DNA from: Macrostomum hystrix
Lineage: Eukaryota > Animalia > Platyhelminthes
NCBI GenBank assembly: GCA_950097015.1
Contig: CATNEN010000012.1
Span: 3,472,001-3,536,000, forward strand
DNA length: 64,000 nucleotides
Reading direction: 5' to 3'
Shown here in pieces: positions 24,201 through 37,364 of this stretch. Positions within the stretch are counted from its first letter, which is position 1; each line of letters starts with the position of its first letter. The notes beneath the pieces are model-generated. The model was not told where the DNA came from and ran no database searches. It saw only the letters and a list, made by a program, of their open reading frames with translations. A program made the translations under genes and the position numbers.

Positions 24201-27200
24201 CTATAAACATCCCCAGACATTCTATAAACATCCCCAGACATTCTATAAACATCCCCAGACATTCTATATCCATTCCCCAGACATTCTATATCCATTCCCC
24301 AGACATTCTATATCCATTCCCCAGACATTCTATATCCATTCCCCAGACATTCTATATCCATTCCCCAGACATTCTATATCCATTCCCCAGACATTCTATA
24401 AACATCCCCAGACATTCTATAAACATCCCCAGACATTCTATAAACATCCCCAGACATTCTATAAACATCCCCAGAAATTCTATTAACATCCCCACACATT
24501 CTATAAACATCCCCAGACATTCTATAAACATCCCCACACATTCTATAAACATCCCCAGACATTCTATATCCATTCCCCAAACATTCTATATCCATTCCCC
24601 AGACATTCTATAACCATTCCCCAGACATTCTATATCCATTCCCCAGACATTCTATAAACATCCCCAGACATTCTATAAACATCCCCAGACATTCTATATC
24701 CATTCCCCAGACATTCTATAAACATCCCCAGACATTCTATAAACATCCCCAGACATTCTATAAACATCCCCAGACATTCTATATCCATTCCCCAAACATT
24801 CTATAAACACCCCCAGACATTCTATATCCATTCCCCAGACATTCTATAAACATCCCCAGACATTCTATAACCATTCCCCAGACATTCTATATCCATTCCC
24901 CAGACATTCTATATCCATTCCCCAGACATTCTATAAACATCCCCAGACATTCTATAAACATCCCAGAAATTCTATTAACACCCCCACACATTCTATAAAC
25001 ATCCCCAGACATTCTATAAACATCCCCAGACATTCTATAAACATCCCCACACATTCCATATCCATTCCCCAGACATTCTATAACCATTCCCCAGACATTC
25101 TATATCCATTCCCCAGACATTCTATAAACATCCCCAGACATTCTATAAACATCCCCAGACATTCTATAAACATCCCCAGACATTCTATATCCATTCCCCA
25201 GACATTCTATAAACATCCCCAGACATTCTATAAACATCCCCAGACATTCTATAAACATCCCCAGACATTCTATAAACATCCCCAGACATTCTATATCCAT
25301 TCCCCAGACATTCTATAAACATCCCCAGACATTCTATAAACATCCCCAGACATTCTATAAACATTCCAGACATTCTATAAACATCCCCAGACATTCTATA
25401 AACATCCCCAGACATTCTATCAGCATCCCCAGACATTCTATAAACATTCCCCAGACATTCTATATCCATTCCCCAGACATTCTATAAACATCCCCAGACA
25501 TTCTATAAACATCCCCAGACATTCTATAACCATCCCCAGAAATTCTATAACCATCCCCACACATTCTATAACCATCCCCAGACATTCTATATCCATTCCC
25601 CAGACATTCTATAAACATCCCCAGACATTCTATAACCATCCCCAGACATTCTATATCCATTCCCCAGACATTCTATATCCATTCCCCAGACATTCTATAT
25701 CCATTCCCCAGACATTCTATATCCATTCCCCAGACATTCTATAAACATCCCCAGACATTCTATAAACATCCCCAGACATTCTATAAACATCCCCAGACAT
25801 TCTATAAACATCCCCAGAAATTCTATTAACATCCCCACACATTCTATAAACATCCCCAGACATTCTATAAACATCCCCACACATTCTATAAACATCCCCA
25901 GACATTCTATATCCATTCCCCAAACATTCTATATCCATTCCCCAGACATTCTATAAACATCCCCAGACATTCTATAAACATCCCCAGACATTCTATAACC
26001 ATCCCCAGAAATTCTATAACCATCCCCACACATTCTATAACCATCCCCAGACATTCTATATCCATTCCCCAGACATTCTATAAACATCCCCAGACATTCT
26101 ATAACCATCCCCAGACATTCTATATCCATTCCCCAGACATTCTATATCCATTCCCCAGACATTCTATATCCATTCCCCAGACATTCTATATCCATTCCCC
26201 AGACATTCTTTATCCATTCCCCAGACATTCTATTAACATCCCCACACATTCTATAAACATCCCCAGACATTCTTTATCCATTCCCCAGACATTCTATTAA
26301 CATCCCCACACATTCTATAAACATCCCCAGACATTCTATAAACATCCCCACACATTCTATAAACATCCCCAGACATTCTATATCCATTCCCCAAACATTC
26401 TATATCCATTCCCCAGACATTCTATAACCATTCCCCAGACATTCTATATCCATTCCCCAGACATTCTATAAACATCCCCAGACATTCTATAAACATCCCC
26501 AGACATTCTATATCCATTCCCCAGACATTCTATAAACATCCCCAGACATTCTATAAACATCCCCAGACATTCTATAAACATCCCCAGACATTCTATAAAC
26601 ACCCCCAGACATTCTATATCCATTCCCCAGACATTCTATAAACATCCCCAGACATTCTATAACCATTCCCCAGACATTCTATATCCATTCCCCAGACATT
26701 CTATATCCATTCCCCAGACATTCTATAAACATCCCCAGACATTCTATAAACATCCCAGAAATTCTATTAACACCCCCACACATTCTATAAACATCCCCAG
26801 ACATTCTATAAACATCCCCACACATTCTATAAACATCCCCAGACATTCTATATCCATTCCCCAAACATTCTATATCCATTCCCCAGACATTCTATAACCA
26901 TTCCCCAGACATTCTATATCCATTCCCCAGACATTCTATAAACATCCCCAGACATTCTATAAACATCCCCAGACATTCTATATCCATTCCCCAGACATTC
27001 TATAAACATCCCCAGACATTCTATAAACATCCCCAGACATTCTATAAACATCCCCAGACATTCTATAAACATCCTTACACATTCTATATCCATTCCCCAG
27101 ACATTCTATAACCATTCCCCAGACATTCTATATCCATTCCCCAGACATTCTATAAACATCCCCAGACATTCTATAAACATCCCCAGACATTCTATAAACA

Positions 27201-27669
27201 TCCCCAGACATTCTATAAACATCCCCAGACATTCTATATCCATTCCCCAGACATTCTATAAACATCCCCAGACATTCTATATCCATTCCCCAGACATTCT
27301 ATATCCATTCCCCAGACATTCTATATCCATTCCCCAGACATTCTATATCCATTCCCCAGACATTCTATAAGCATCCCCAGACATTCTATAAACATCCCCA
27401 GACATTCTATAAACATCCCCAGACATTCTATAAGCATCCCCAGACATTCTATAAACATTCCCAGACATTCTATAAACATCCCCAGACATTCTATAAACAT
27501 TCCCAGACATTCTATAAACATCCCCAAACATTCTATAAACATCCCCAGACATTCTATAAACATCCCCAGACATTCTATAAACATCCCAGACATTCTATTA
27601 ACACCCCCACACATTCTATAAACATCCTCAGACATTCTATAAACATCCCCACACATTCTATATCCATTC
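21290..27669. repeat. 6.4-kb satellite of mixed 21-bp (CCCCAGACATTCTATAAACAT) and 22-bp (CCCCAGACATTCTATATCCATT) units
   Basis: About 295 units; higher-order block duplications are visible. Confidence 0.97.
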
Positions 27670-28619
27670 ACGATTGAACAAGTGCGAATCTCGAATTGGC
27701 GAATTGGGCACTAGTTGATGTTCACGAGTCTACAGCCAAGACAGAAATTACCAGCAATTTAACCAATCCACCCATTTAGAGAGGGGATGCAGCAGCCAAT
27801 AGAATAAGGGACATCGCTTCTTTAGTTAACATCTGTTTCTTGCGTCTTGAACGCGTGCAAAAAATTAAAGCAATTTAGATATTGGATGCGATTTACAGCT
27901 GCAAAAGCAGTTAAGGGCATTGGCTAATAGAACAAATGGAACAACAACATCAGAGTCCTTCATTTTATCCTTAATTTATCAGCATTTTATTCCCATATTA
28001 TATAATCCTCCTTCCTTCACTGCTGTTTCCAAATTATAACTTTTTCTATACATATAGGCTTGTCCTTTAACTTCAATCTCACCAACCCCTCACCTATGCT
28101 TCTCACCAGCAAACGAATGTCCTTATTCTTTCTTTTTCTATTTCTTCTCTTCCCACACCGTCCTAGAGATTTCCCAAGCATTTCTCGCAACTTTAGTCCA
28201 GTAATTTTCATCAAAACTGTCTTAAGACCCGTGGCCGTCTCCAGTTTTATTGGTTTGCTGGTGCAGCTGCGGCCGATGGACGGAAAAGTGCAGCGCAAAG
28301 CCCGTGCTGGAATGCCTCAGGTAGCCCCCGCCTGAAGGAGAGTGGCGCGGTTGCTGCTGGGATCCGGCTAGAAATCAATCACTCCTGGGACAAGACGCAG
28401 AAAAATCCCTAGATGGGAAAATATCCAAATTAAAAATGGCGTGGGGAATAGAAAAGAAAATGCTTTAACTTATACCCAAGTCTGCGACGAGGGAAGATTA
28501 GGCAAAGAAGGCAAAGAAGGTCACGGATATTTTTCTCCAAAGGATGGCACATAGGGGAAGTTTTTTTATGTAAATTTGAAAATACCTTTGTACGAGTACA
28601 CTGTGAGCCCGAATGCAGG

Positions 28620-28798
28620 AGTGAGAGTGACAAGGTGAGTTAAGGGTTACAAGGTGAATGAGGTTGACAAGGTGAGTGAGGGTGACACTGTGAGTTAAGG
28701 GTTACAAGGTGAATGAGGGTGACAAGATGAGTGAGGGTGACAAGGTGAGTGAGGGTGACAAGGTGAGTGAGGGTGACAAGGTGAGTGAGGGTGACAAG
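28620..28798. repeat. 18-bp minisatellite (GTGAGTGAGGGTGACAAG)
   Basis: About 9 degenerate copies. Confidence 0.85.
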
Positions 28799-29265
28799 TT
28801 GTAGTGAACCATGAGACCATGAACTCCAATGTGCAGCAGGTTCTCACAGACTGGCAGCTGCATGAGCTGCAGAAAATCAGAGGCATGGAGACTTGACCAT
28901 TGACAACTCCAGAGCGCCCGGATGGCCAGGGCGAGTAATTGGGAGATTCGGGGAGGACTTACTGGCACCGGGGAGGGGGTGGCTGGTTCCCTCCCATTCC
29001 TAATGTGCCCAATATCTCTTATCCTATCGCGGCTGGGCAGGGAGCCGAGTGACGGGCGGGGAAGAGAGTGAGAGGGGATTATTGGGAAGAAATGGGCGTT
29101 ATTGAAAAAACGGGAGCAAGTTTTCAGTCGAGACGACGCTTTCATCGCCGTGTTCCGCTTCGACGCATTGGGCCGGGTGATTTCTGTTCGTAAATAAGAA
29201 ATAGGCGGAATTTCAGTTTGTACTCAGACAGGGCAGGCAGACTCACATTCTGCCGCTGCCAGAAC

Positions 29266-29548
29266 ATGCCCGCTTGGAAGATTCTGCCGCTGCTTCTGTT
29301 GGCAGCCGGCCTAGCAACCGGCAGAGACCTGACCATCTCCGTGTTCCTCCCGGCACTGCGCCATCGAGTTCCGGGCATGAGTCTTGAGGCCGCCCGGCCA
29401 GCTGTTGACGTCGCCCTCGAGACGGCGAGGTCGATAGGCCTCTTGGCCGGCCTGAGGGTCCGAGTTGTTGCCAACGACAGCCAGTGCGACTACAAGGTGG
29501 CGCCCGTGGTGGGCCTTCTGCTGCTGCGAGAGGTTGACGTCATGCTTG
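29266..29548 (+). CDS. NPR1/NPR2-type receptor guanylyl cyclase (gene B), exon 1/12: signal peptide and start of ANF-receptor domain
   Basis: MPAWKILPLLLLAAGLATG..LTISVFLP..PAVDVALE..NDSQC. Donor G|GTGAGC is phase 1. Confidence 0.88.
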
Positions 29549-29644
29549 GTGAGCTCAACCTACCCATCAATCTATCAATCTATCAATCTATCAATCTATC
29601 AATCTATCTAGCCGTAAATCTATCTAGGGGCAAGTGGAAGAACC

Positions 29645-29905
29645 GTTGACGCGTTTGTCTCTCGCACCCAGGTCCCTGAGCTCGATTCCGCGCGGCGAGG
29701 CCACATTCATTTGGGGCGCAGCCGCGGAGAGAGGGCTTGGCGGCTTGTCGTGCAATTTACGCCCTTGAGGGCCAAACTCTAAGGCACGATGACACTGCTT
29801 GACGATTAGAAAGTCAGGGCAGATGTATACACCTGTGTGAGTGTGTGCCTGCTTACGGTATCTGTGTGTGTGTATGTGTGTGTGTGTGCTCAGGAGTCAG
29901 TGCTA
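29645..29905 (+). mobile_element. SINE family 1, partial copy in gene B intron 1
   Basis: Matches the body of 42584-42944. Confidence 0.85.
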
Positions 29906-30824
29906 ACTGCGGATCTACTAGCACAAAAAATTGTGCTAAGAACCGATAACGCTCCTCAAAATAAAATATTTAATTTCTATAATCTAGCTCGTATCTACCT
30001 GAATTCAGCTGGAGCACACGAATTGCTCTAATGCTTTTTCTGTAGATCTCAAAAGAAGTTGGTTGGCTAATTCGGCTGGGTCTGGAAGCCGTGGCATTGA
30101 ATTGGTTGAATTGGACTCCTCGCGGCACTCCGCTCCCAATTCGGTTGTGCTTAGGGGGAGGGGGATTAGCAAGTGGGGCAATTTGGGGTTTAGGAAGTGG
30201 AAGCGAGTAACCAACGGGGCTGTACAGGCTCCCAAACGCCAGGAATTAGAGTTGGATTACGGCTTGGCCCCCAAAGCCGTACATTAGTACGCCGGTCAGC
30301 CCAGAACTACTACTGCTATTTCATGGACTTGCCGAGGAAAGCATAGTCCTGAGCAGCAAGGTCAGAGAGGCCTTCTATCATGGCCAGGATGAGATTGGAA
30401 CTGTGAGGTCGGGATTGAGTAGGACAAAGCAACCCCCGAGGGCACGTTGAGAAAGCGATCATTACCCGCCTGTGTGTTTACTGCTTGCTTTTGGCATTAT
30501 TTCTAGTCAAATCAGTTCTGATGCGGGCAGCTGTCTCAAAGACTGCTTCAACTGTCCTCATTAGCATGGAGGCATTTAAAAGACACACTCCATTTTAATT
30601 CTTTGCTCTTATGACTATCTGCTTTCAAGGAGGAGAAGATAATTAGCAGAAATTAAAAATAAAAGGCTAAGTGAGGTATTGGAAGGCCAAAACTTTACTT
30701 ATACAGGAGTAGTCTAATTAAGTTAATTAAAAAGTGGACAAATATCCCCATGGGCCAGCTTTCAAATTAAAAAAAAGGACCAACCTCGCCAAAAACCGCC
30801 CCCGTGATTTCGCCACATTGCCAG

Positions 30825-31247
30825 GCCCATTCTGCTCATTTAGCCTGGCAGCGGTGGCCCGGTACAATGGCTATCCGCTGTACCAGAAGCCCATCATCTC
30901 GTCTGGCGGCGCGGCTAGCGCGTTAGACAACAAAGCCGAGTACTTTAACCTGGCCCGCATTGGCGCCATCAGTCAGAATCTGGAGCAAATGCTGCTGTCA
31001 ATATTTAAATACTACAAGTGGTACGCTAGGCCGGTGCAGAACCTCCTGCTAGTTCACGTGCCGGACGAGGTCACACAGTCCTACAATTCGCAGGAACTGA
31101 TGGCAGCCCAGGGAAGGCTGATGTGCAACGCTATAGAGAAACAGTTCAGTCATCAGAACAATTATATCATTCGGAAGCAGCCCTACACCAGCAATAATAC
31201 GCACTTTCATCGGGAGTTCTTTCGAGTTCTGCGAGACGAAGTTCGGC
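30825..31247 (+). CDS. Receptor guanylyl cyclase B, exon 2/12 (ANF-receptor domain)
   Basis: Acceptor ttgccAG; GPFCSFSLAAVARY..PIISSGG..EYFNLARIG..YKW. Donor C|GTGCGT is phase 1. Confidence 0.88.
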
Positions 31248-31260
31248 GTGCGTCTCACTC

Positions 31261-34200
31261 GCTGGTTTGCTGGGATGGTGGTGTTTCTGGTTTTGTGGAA
31301 TAAAACCCTGTGCGCTTGGTTTGGTTGCTGGGATGGTGTTTCTGGTTTTGTGGAATAAAATCCTGTGTGCTTGGTTTGGTTGCTGGGATGGTGTTTCTAG
31401 TTTGTGGAATGAAACCCTGTGTGCTTGGTTTGGTTGCTGGGATGGTGTTTCTGGTTTGTGGAATGAAACCCTGTGTGCTTGGTTTGGTTGCTGTGATGGT
31501 GTTTCTGGTTTTGTGGAATAAAATCCTGTGTGCTTGGTTTGGTTGCTGTGATGGTGTTTCTAGTTTGTGGAATGAAACCCTGTGTGCTTGGTTTGGTTGC
31601 TGGGATGGTGTTTCTGGTTTGTGGAATGAAACCCTGTGTGCTTGGTTTGGTTGCTGTGATGGTGTTTCTGGTTTGTGGAATGAAACCCTGTGTGCTTGGT
31701 TTGGTTGCTGTGATGGTGTTTCTGGTTTGTGGAATAAAATCCTGTGTGTTTGGTTTGGTTGCTGGGATGGTGTTTCTAGTTTGTGGAATGAAATCCTGTG
31801 TGCTTGGTTTGGTTGCTGTGATGGTGTTTCTAGTTTGTGGAATGAAACCCTGTGTGCTTGGTTTGGTTGCTGGGATGGTGTTTCTGGTTTGTGGAATGAA
31901 ACCCTGTGTGCTTGGTTTGGTTGCTGTGATGGTGTTTCTGGTTTGTGGAATGAAACCCTGTGTGCTTGGTTTGGTTGCTGTGATGGTGTTTCTGGTTTGT
32001 GGAATAAAATCCTGTGTGTTTAGTTTGGTTGCTGGGATGGTGTTTCTAGTTTGTGGAATGAAATCCTGTGTGCTTGGTTTGGTTGCTGTGATGGTGTTTC
32101 TAGTTTGTGGAATGAAACCCTGTGTGCTTGGTTTGGTTGCTGGGATGGTGTTTCTGGTTTGTGGAATAAAATCCTGTGTGCTTGGTTTGGTTGCTGTGAT
32201 GGTGTTTCTGGTTTGTGGAATAAAATCCTGTGTGCTTGGTTTGGTTGCTGGGATGGTGTTTCTAGTTTGTGGAATGAAATCCTGTGTGCTTGGTTTGGTT
32301 GCTGTGATGGTGTTTCTAGTTTGTGGAATGAAACCCTGTGTGCTTGGTTTGGTTGCTGGGATGGTGTTTCTAGTTTGTGGAATGAAACCCTGTGTGCTTG
32401 GTTTGGTTGCTGTGATGGTGTTTCTGGTTTGTGGAATAAAATCCTGTGTGTTTGGTTTGGTTGCTGTGATGGTGTTTCTGGTTTGTGGAATAAAATCCTG
32501 TGTGTTTGGTTTGGTTGCTGGGATGGTGTTTCTAGTTTGTGGAATGAAACCCTGTGTGCTTGGTTTGGTTGCTGTGATGGTGTTTCTGGTTTGTGGAATG
32601 AAACCCTGTGTGCTTGGTTTGGTTGCTGGGATGGTGTTTCTGGTTTGTGGAATGAAACCCTGTGTGCTTGGTTTGGTTGCTGGGATGGTGTTTCTGGTTT
32701 GTGGAATAAAATCCTGTGTGCTTGGTTTGGTTGCTGTGATGGTGTTTCTGGTTTGTGGAATGAAACCCTGTGTGCTTGGTTTGGTTGCTGGGATGGTGTT
32801 TCTAGTTTGTGGAATGAAACCCTGTGTGCTTGGTTTGGTTGCTGTGATGGTGTTTCTGGTTTGTGGAATAAAATCCTGTGTGTTTGGTTTGGTTGCTGTG
32901 ATGGTGTTTCTGGTTTGTGGAATAAAATCCTGTGTGTTTGGTTTGGTTGCTGGGATGGTGTTTCTAGTTTGTGGAATGAAACCCTGTGTGCTTGGTTTGG
33001 TTGCTGTGATGGTGTTTCTGGTTTGTGGAATGAAACCCTGTGTGCTTGGTTTGGTTGCTGGGATGGTGTTTCTGGTTTGTGGAATGAAACCCTGTGTGCT
33101 TGGTTTGGTTGCTGGGATGGTGTTTCTGGTTTGTGGAATAAAATCCTGTGTGCTTGGTTTGGTTGCTGGGATGGTGTTTCTAGTTTGTGGAATGAAATCC
33201 TGTGTGCTTGGTTTGGTTGCTGTGATGGTGTTTCTAGTTTGTGGAATGAAACCCTGTGTGTTTGGTTTGGTTGCTGGGATGGTGTTTCTGGTTTGTGGAA
33301 TAAAATCCTGTGTGCTTGGTTTGGTTGCTGGGATGGTGTTTCTAGTTTGTGGAATAAAATCCTGTGTGCTTGGTTTGGTTGCTGTGATGGTGTTTCTAGT
33401 TTGTGGAATGAAACCCTGTGTGCTTGGTTTGGTTGCTGGGATGGTGTTTCTGGTTTGTGGAATAAAATCCTGTGTGCTTGGTTTGGTTGCTGGGATGGTG
33501 TTTCTAGTTTGTGGAATGAAACCCTGTGTGCTTGGTTTGGTTGCTGGGATGGTGTTTCTGGTTTGTGGAATGAAACCCTGTGTGCTTGGTTTGGTTGCTG
33601 GGATGGTGTTTCTGGTTTGTGGAATGAAATCCTGTGTGTTTGGTTTGGTTGCTGGGATGGTGTTTCTAGTTTGTGGAATGAAATCCTGTGTGCTTGGTTT
33701 GGTTGCTGTGATGGTGTTTCTAGTTTGTGGAATGAAACCCTGTGTGCTTGGTTTGGTTGCTGGGATGGTGTTTCTGGTTTGTGGAATAAAATCCTGTGTG
33801 CTTGGTTTGGTTGCTGGGATGGTGTTTCTAGTTTGTGGAATGAAACCCTGTGTGCTTGGTTTGGTTGCTGGGATGGTGTTTCTGGTTTGTGGAATGAAAC
33901 CCTGTGTGCTTGGTTTGGTTGCTGTGATGGTGTTTCTGGTTTGTGGAATGAAACCCTGTGTGCTTGGTTTGGTTGCTGTGATGGTGTTTCTGGTTTGTGG
34001 AATGAAACCCTGTGTGCTTGGTTTGGTTGCTGGGATGGTGTTTCTGGTTTGTGGAATGAAACCCTGTGTGCTTGGTTTGGTTGCTGTGATGGTGTTTCTG
34101 GTTTGTGGAATGAAACCCTGTGTGCTTGGTTTGGTTGCTGTGATGGTGTTTCTGGTTTGTGGAATGAAACCCTGTGTGCTTGGTTTGGTTGCTGTGATGG

Positions 34201-36068
34201 TGTTTCTGGTTTGTGGAATGAAACCCTGTGTGCTTGGTTTGGTTGCTGTGATGGTGTTTCTGGTTTGTGGAATGAAACCCTGTGTGCTTGGTTTGGTTGC
34301 TGTGATGGTGTTTCTGGTTTGTGGAATGAAACCCTGTGTGCTTGGTTTGGTTGCTGGGATGGTGTTTCTGGTTTGTGGAATAAAATCCTGTGTGCTTGGT
34401 TTGGTTGCTGTGATGGTGTTTCTGGTTTGTGGAATGAAACCCTGTGTGCTTGGTTTGGTTGCTGGGATGGTGTTTCTAGTTTGTGGAATGAAACCCTGTG
34501 TGCTTGGTTTGGTTGCTGTGATGGTGTTTCTGGTTTGTGGAATAAAATCCTGTGTGTTTGGTTTGGTTGCTGTGATGGTGTTTCTGGTTTGTGGAATAAA
34601 ATCCTGTGTGTTTGGTTTGGTTGCTGGGATGGTGTTTCTAGTTTGTGGAATGAAACCCTGTGTGCTTGGTTTGGTTGCTGTGATGGTGTTTCTGGTTTGT
34701 GGAATGAAACCCTGTGTGCTTGGTTTGGTTGCTGGGATGGTGTTTCTGGTTTGTGGAATGAAACCCTGTGTGCTTGGTTTGGTTGCTGGGATGGTGTTTC
34801 TGGTTTGTGGAATAAAATCCTGTGTGCTTGGTTTGGTTGCTGGGATGGTGTTTCTAGTTTGTGGAATGAAATCCTGTGTGCTTGGTTTGGTTGCTGTGAT
34901 GGTGTTTCTAGTTTGTGGAATGAAACCCTGTGTGTTTGGTTTGGTTGCTGGGATGGTGTTTCTGGTTTGTGGAATAAAATCCTGTGTGCTTGGTTTGGTT
35001 GCTGGGATGGTGTTTCTAGTTTGTGGAATAAAATCCTGTGTGCTTGGTTTGGTTGCTGTGATGGTGTTTCTAGTTTGTGGAATGAAACCCTGTGTGCTTG
35101 GTTTGGTTGCTGGGATGGTGTTTCTGGTTTGTGGAATAAAATCCTGTGTGCTTGGTTTGGTTGCTGGGATGGTGTTTCTAGTTTGTGGAATGAAACCCTG
35201 TGTGCTTGGTTTGGTTGCTGGGATGGTGTTTCTGGTTTGTGGAATGAAACCCTGTGTGCTTGGTTTGGTTGCTGGGATGGTGTTTCTGGTTTGTGGAATG
35301 AAATCCTCTGTGTTTGGTTTGGTTGCTGGGATGGTGTTTCTAGTTTGTGGAATGAAATCCTGTGTGCTTGGTTTGGTTGCTGTGATGGTGTTTCTAGTTT
35401 GTGGAATGAAACCCTGTGTGCTTGGTTTGGTTGCTGGGATGGTGTTTCTGGTTTGTGGAATAAAATCCTGTGTGCTTGGTTTGGTTGCTGGGATGGTGTT
35501 TCTAGTTTGTGGAATGAAACCCTGTGTGCTTGGTTTGGTTGCTGGGATGGTGTTTCTGGTTTGTGGAATGAAACCCTGTGTGCTTGGTTTGGTTGCTGTG
35601 ATGGTGTTTCTGGTTTGTGGAATGAAACCCTGTGTGCTTGGTTTGGTTGCTGTGATGGTGTTTCTGGTTTGTGGAATGAAACCCTGTGTGCTTGGTTTGG
35701 TTGCTGGGATGGTGTTTCTGGTTTGTGGAATGAAACCCTGTGTGCTTGGTTTGGTTGCTGTGATGGTGTTTCTGGTTTGTGGAATGAAACCCTGTGTGCT
35801 TGGTTTGGTTGCTGTGATGGTGTTTCTGGTTTGTGGAATGAAACCCTGTGTGCTTGGTTTGGTTGCTGTGATGGTGTTTCTGGTTTGTGGAATGAAACCC
35901 TGTGTGCTTGGTTTGGTTGCTGTGATGGTGTTTCTGGTTTGTGGAATGAAACCCTGTGTGCTTGGTTTGGTTGCTGTGATGGTGTTTCTGGTTTGTGGAA
36001 TGAAACCCTGTGTGCTTGGTTTGGTTGCTGGGATGGTGTTTCTGGTTTGTGGAATGAAACCCTGTGTA
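31261..36068. repeat. 54-bp minisatellite (CTGGTTTGTGGAATGAAACCCTGTGTGCTTGGTTTGGTTGCTGGGATGGTGTTT), ~89 copies, in gene B intron 2
   Basis: Gives an 18-aa periodicity in the track ORFs; starts 14 bp after the donor. Confidence 0.97.
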
Positions 36069-36423
36069 CTCGGCTGGTTTTCTTACTGGAGTATTGTGAA
36101 TCATGTCGTCGACGTAGAATCCTGTTAAAGTAAGCTGCCGTATCTGCAGGTTTCAAGCGAGTGGTAGCCCTGAAACAAGTTTGAAGGAAATCCGGCCTGC
36201 TTGTCGGAGCATAACATGTTCCAGATGTAATTGCGGATGACGGGCGGGCTAAATCTGTTGCAACTTCCCATTCCAATCCAATCGCGGCATAAGTTTTATT
36301 TCCTGATATTCGCTCGCTCAGTCACTGGCTGTCTCTTATTTGTCTCGTGCCCAGGCGTCCCAAGGCTAATCCGATTTGCCATCTTCTCATTACTTCGCGG
36401 CTAATCTTCCCTTTCTGGCTGAT

Positions 36424-36508
36424 GGTTGGATGGGTCAGTGAGGGGGTTGGTTGGATGGGTCAGTGAGGGGGTTGGTTGGATGGGTCAGTGAGGGGGTTGG
36501 TTGGATGG
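36424..36508. repeat. 25-bp G-rich tandem repeat, 3 copies
   Basis: GGTTGGATGGGTCAGTGAGGGGGTT repeated three times. Confidence 0.85.
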
Positions 36509-37252
36509 AAGGTTTGGTACGCCGGTCGCAGAAATGAGGTGTCGACCCCATGGGGTTTGCCGATAGCCCGGCGCTCCGCTTTGCGTGTGCTTCCGGACTA
36601 CCCGGCGTGAACTTTAGCTCGTGTGTGCGGCGCGTGTCCGTATCGAGCCAGTGTCATCCATTCTGTCCTCCCATTCTCTTTCAGCCAGTTCCTCCAGCTG
36701 AGTGAATAACTCACTCCCTTCATACGGCCTGAACTAGAGTATAGTGGGCCGACATATGGCCCTGATGTATCGGCCACTTTTGCCAGCGCCTGCCCATCTG
36801 TCTCTGCTTCTCTGCCATGCTCCCCTCATTCCCCATGTAATTTACCGGCTTCCTGACCGGGCATTCGTGTCCATTTGATTCCCAAATTGCATACTTAATC
36901 ATTCATAGCTATATAATAAGGTATTTGTTTTAATGAAAACAGAATTATCTTTCGTCGAAAAATGAGAAGAGTATCAGTCTTAATAGTGTAAACAATGAGG
37001 AGAGTAAGTCCCGTTGTCGGACCTAATTAAATTCTATTCTAGCATGCCAGCTCACCGCAGCAAAACTGTGCGGTGCCAACTTGACCTTTGATAATACTTG
37101 GTAAACAAAAAACAAATCCAGTGCACAGGCCACACACACTTTGCCAAGTACGCAGATTTTATCAACTATGGTCGCGTCTTCACAACTGGACTTGTAAACA
37201 ACAGGCTAGAATCTCAAATATTTCCCACAAGCACTCATTTTTTAACCTGCAG

Positions 37253-37364
37253 TTGTCGTCCTGTGCGCTGATCCGGACACAGTCAGGGAGATCATGATTA
37301 AGGCCTATGAGAATGGCTTCATTAATGGAGAGTACGTCTTCTTTAACATCGACCTATTTAGCAG
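37253..37364 (+). CDS. Receptor guanylyl cyclase B, exon 3/12
   Basis: Acceptor taacctgcAG; LVVLCADPDTVREIMIKAYENGFINGEYVFFNIDLF is a conserved NPR segment. Donor AG|GTGAGT is phase 2. Too short to appear in the ORF track. Confidence 0.92.

Noticed and set aside
21263-27671. Numerous 65-120 aa ORFs (MDIECLG..., YRMSGD...)
   Set aside because: Satellite translations.
28017-28335. ORFs upstream of gene B, and a short frame at ~28805-28897 (VNHETMNSNVQQVLTDWQLHELQKIRGMET)
   Set aside because: No recognisable domain; they could not be linked to gene A by homology or splice phase.
31310-36133. 1360-1532 aa Cys/Trp- or Val/Gly-rich plus-strand ORFs
   Set aside because: They arise because the 54-bp unit is a stop-free multiple of 3, and they lie within gene B intron 2.
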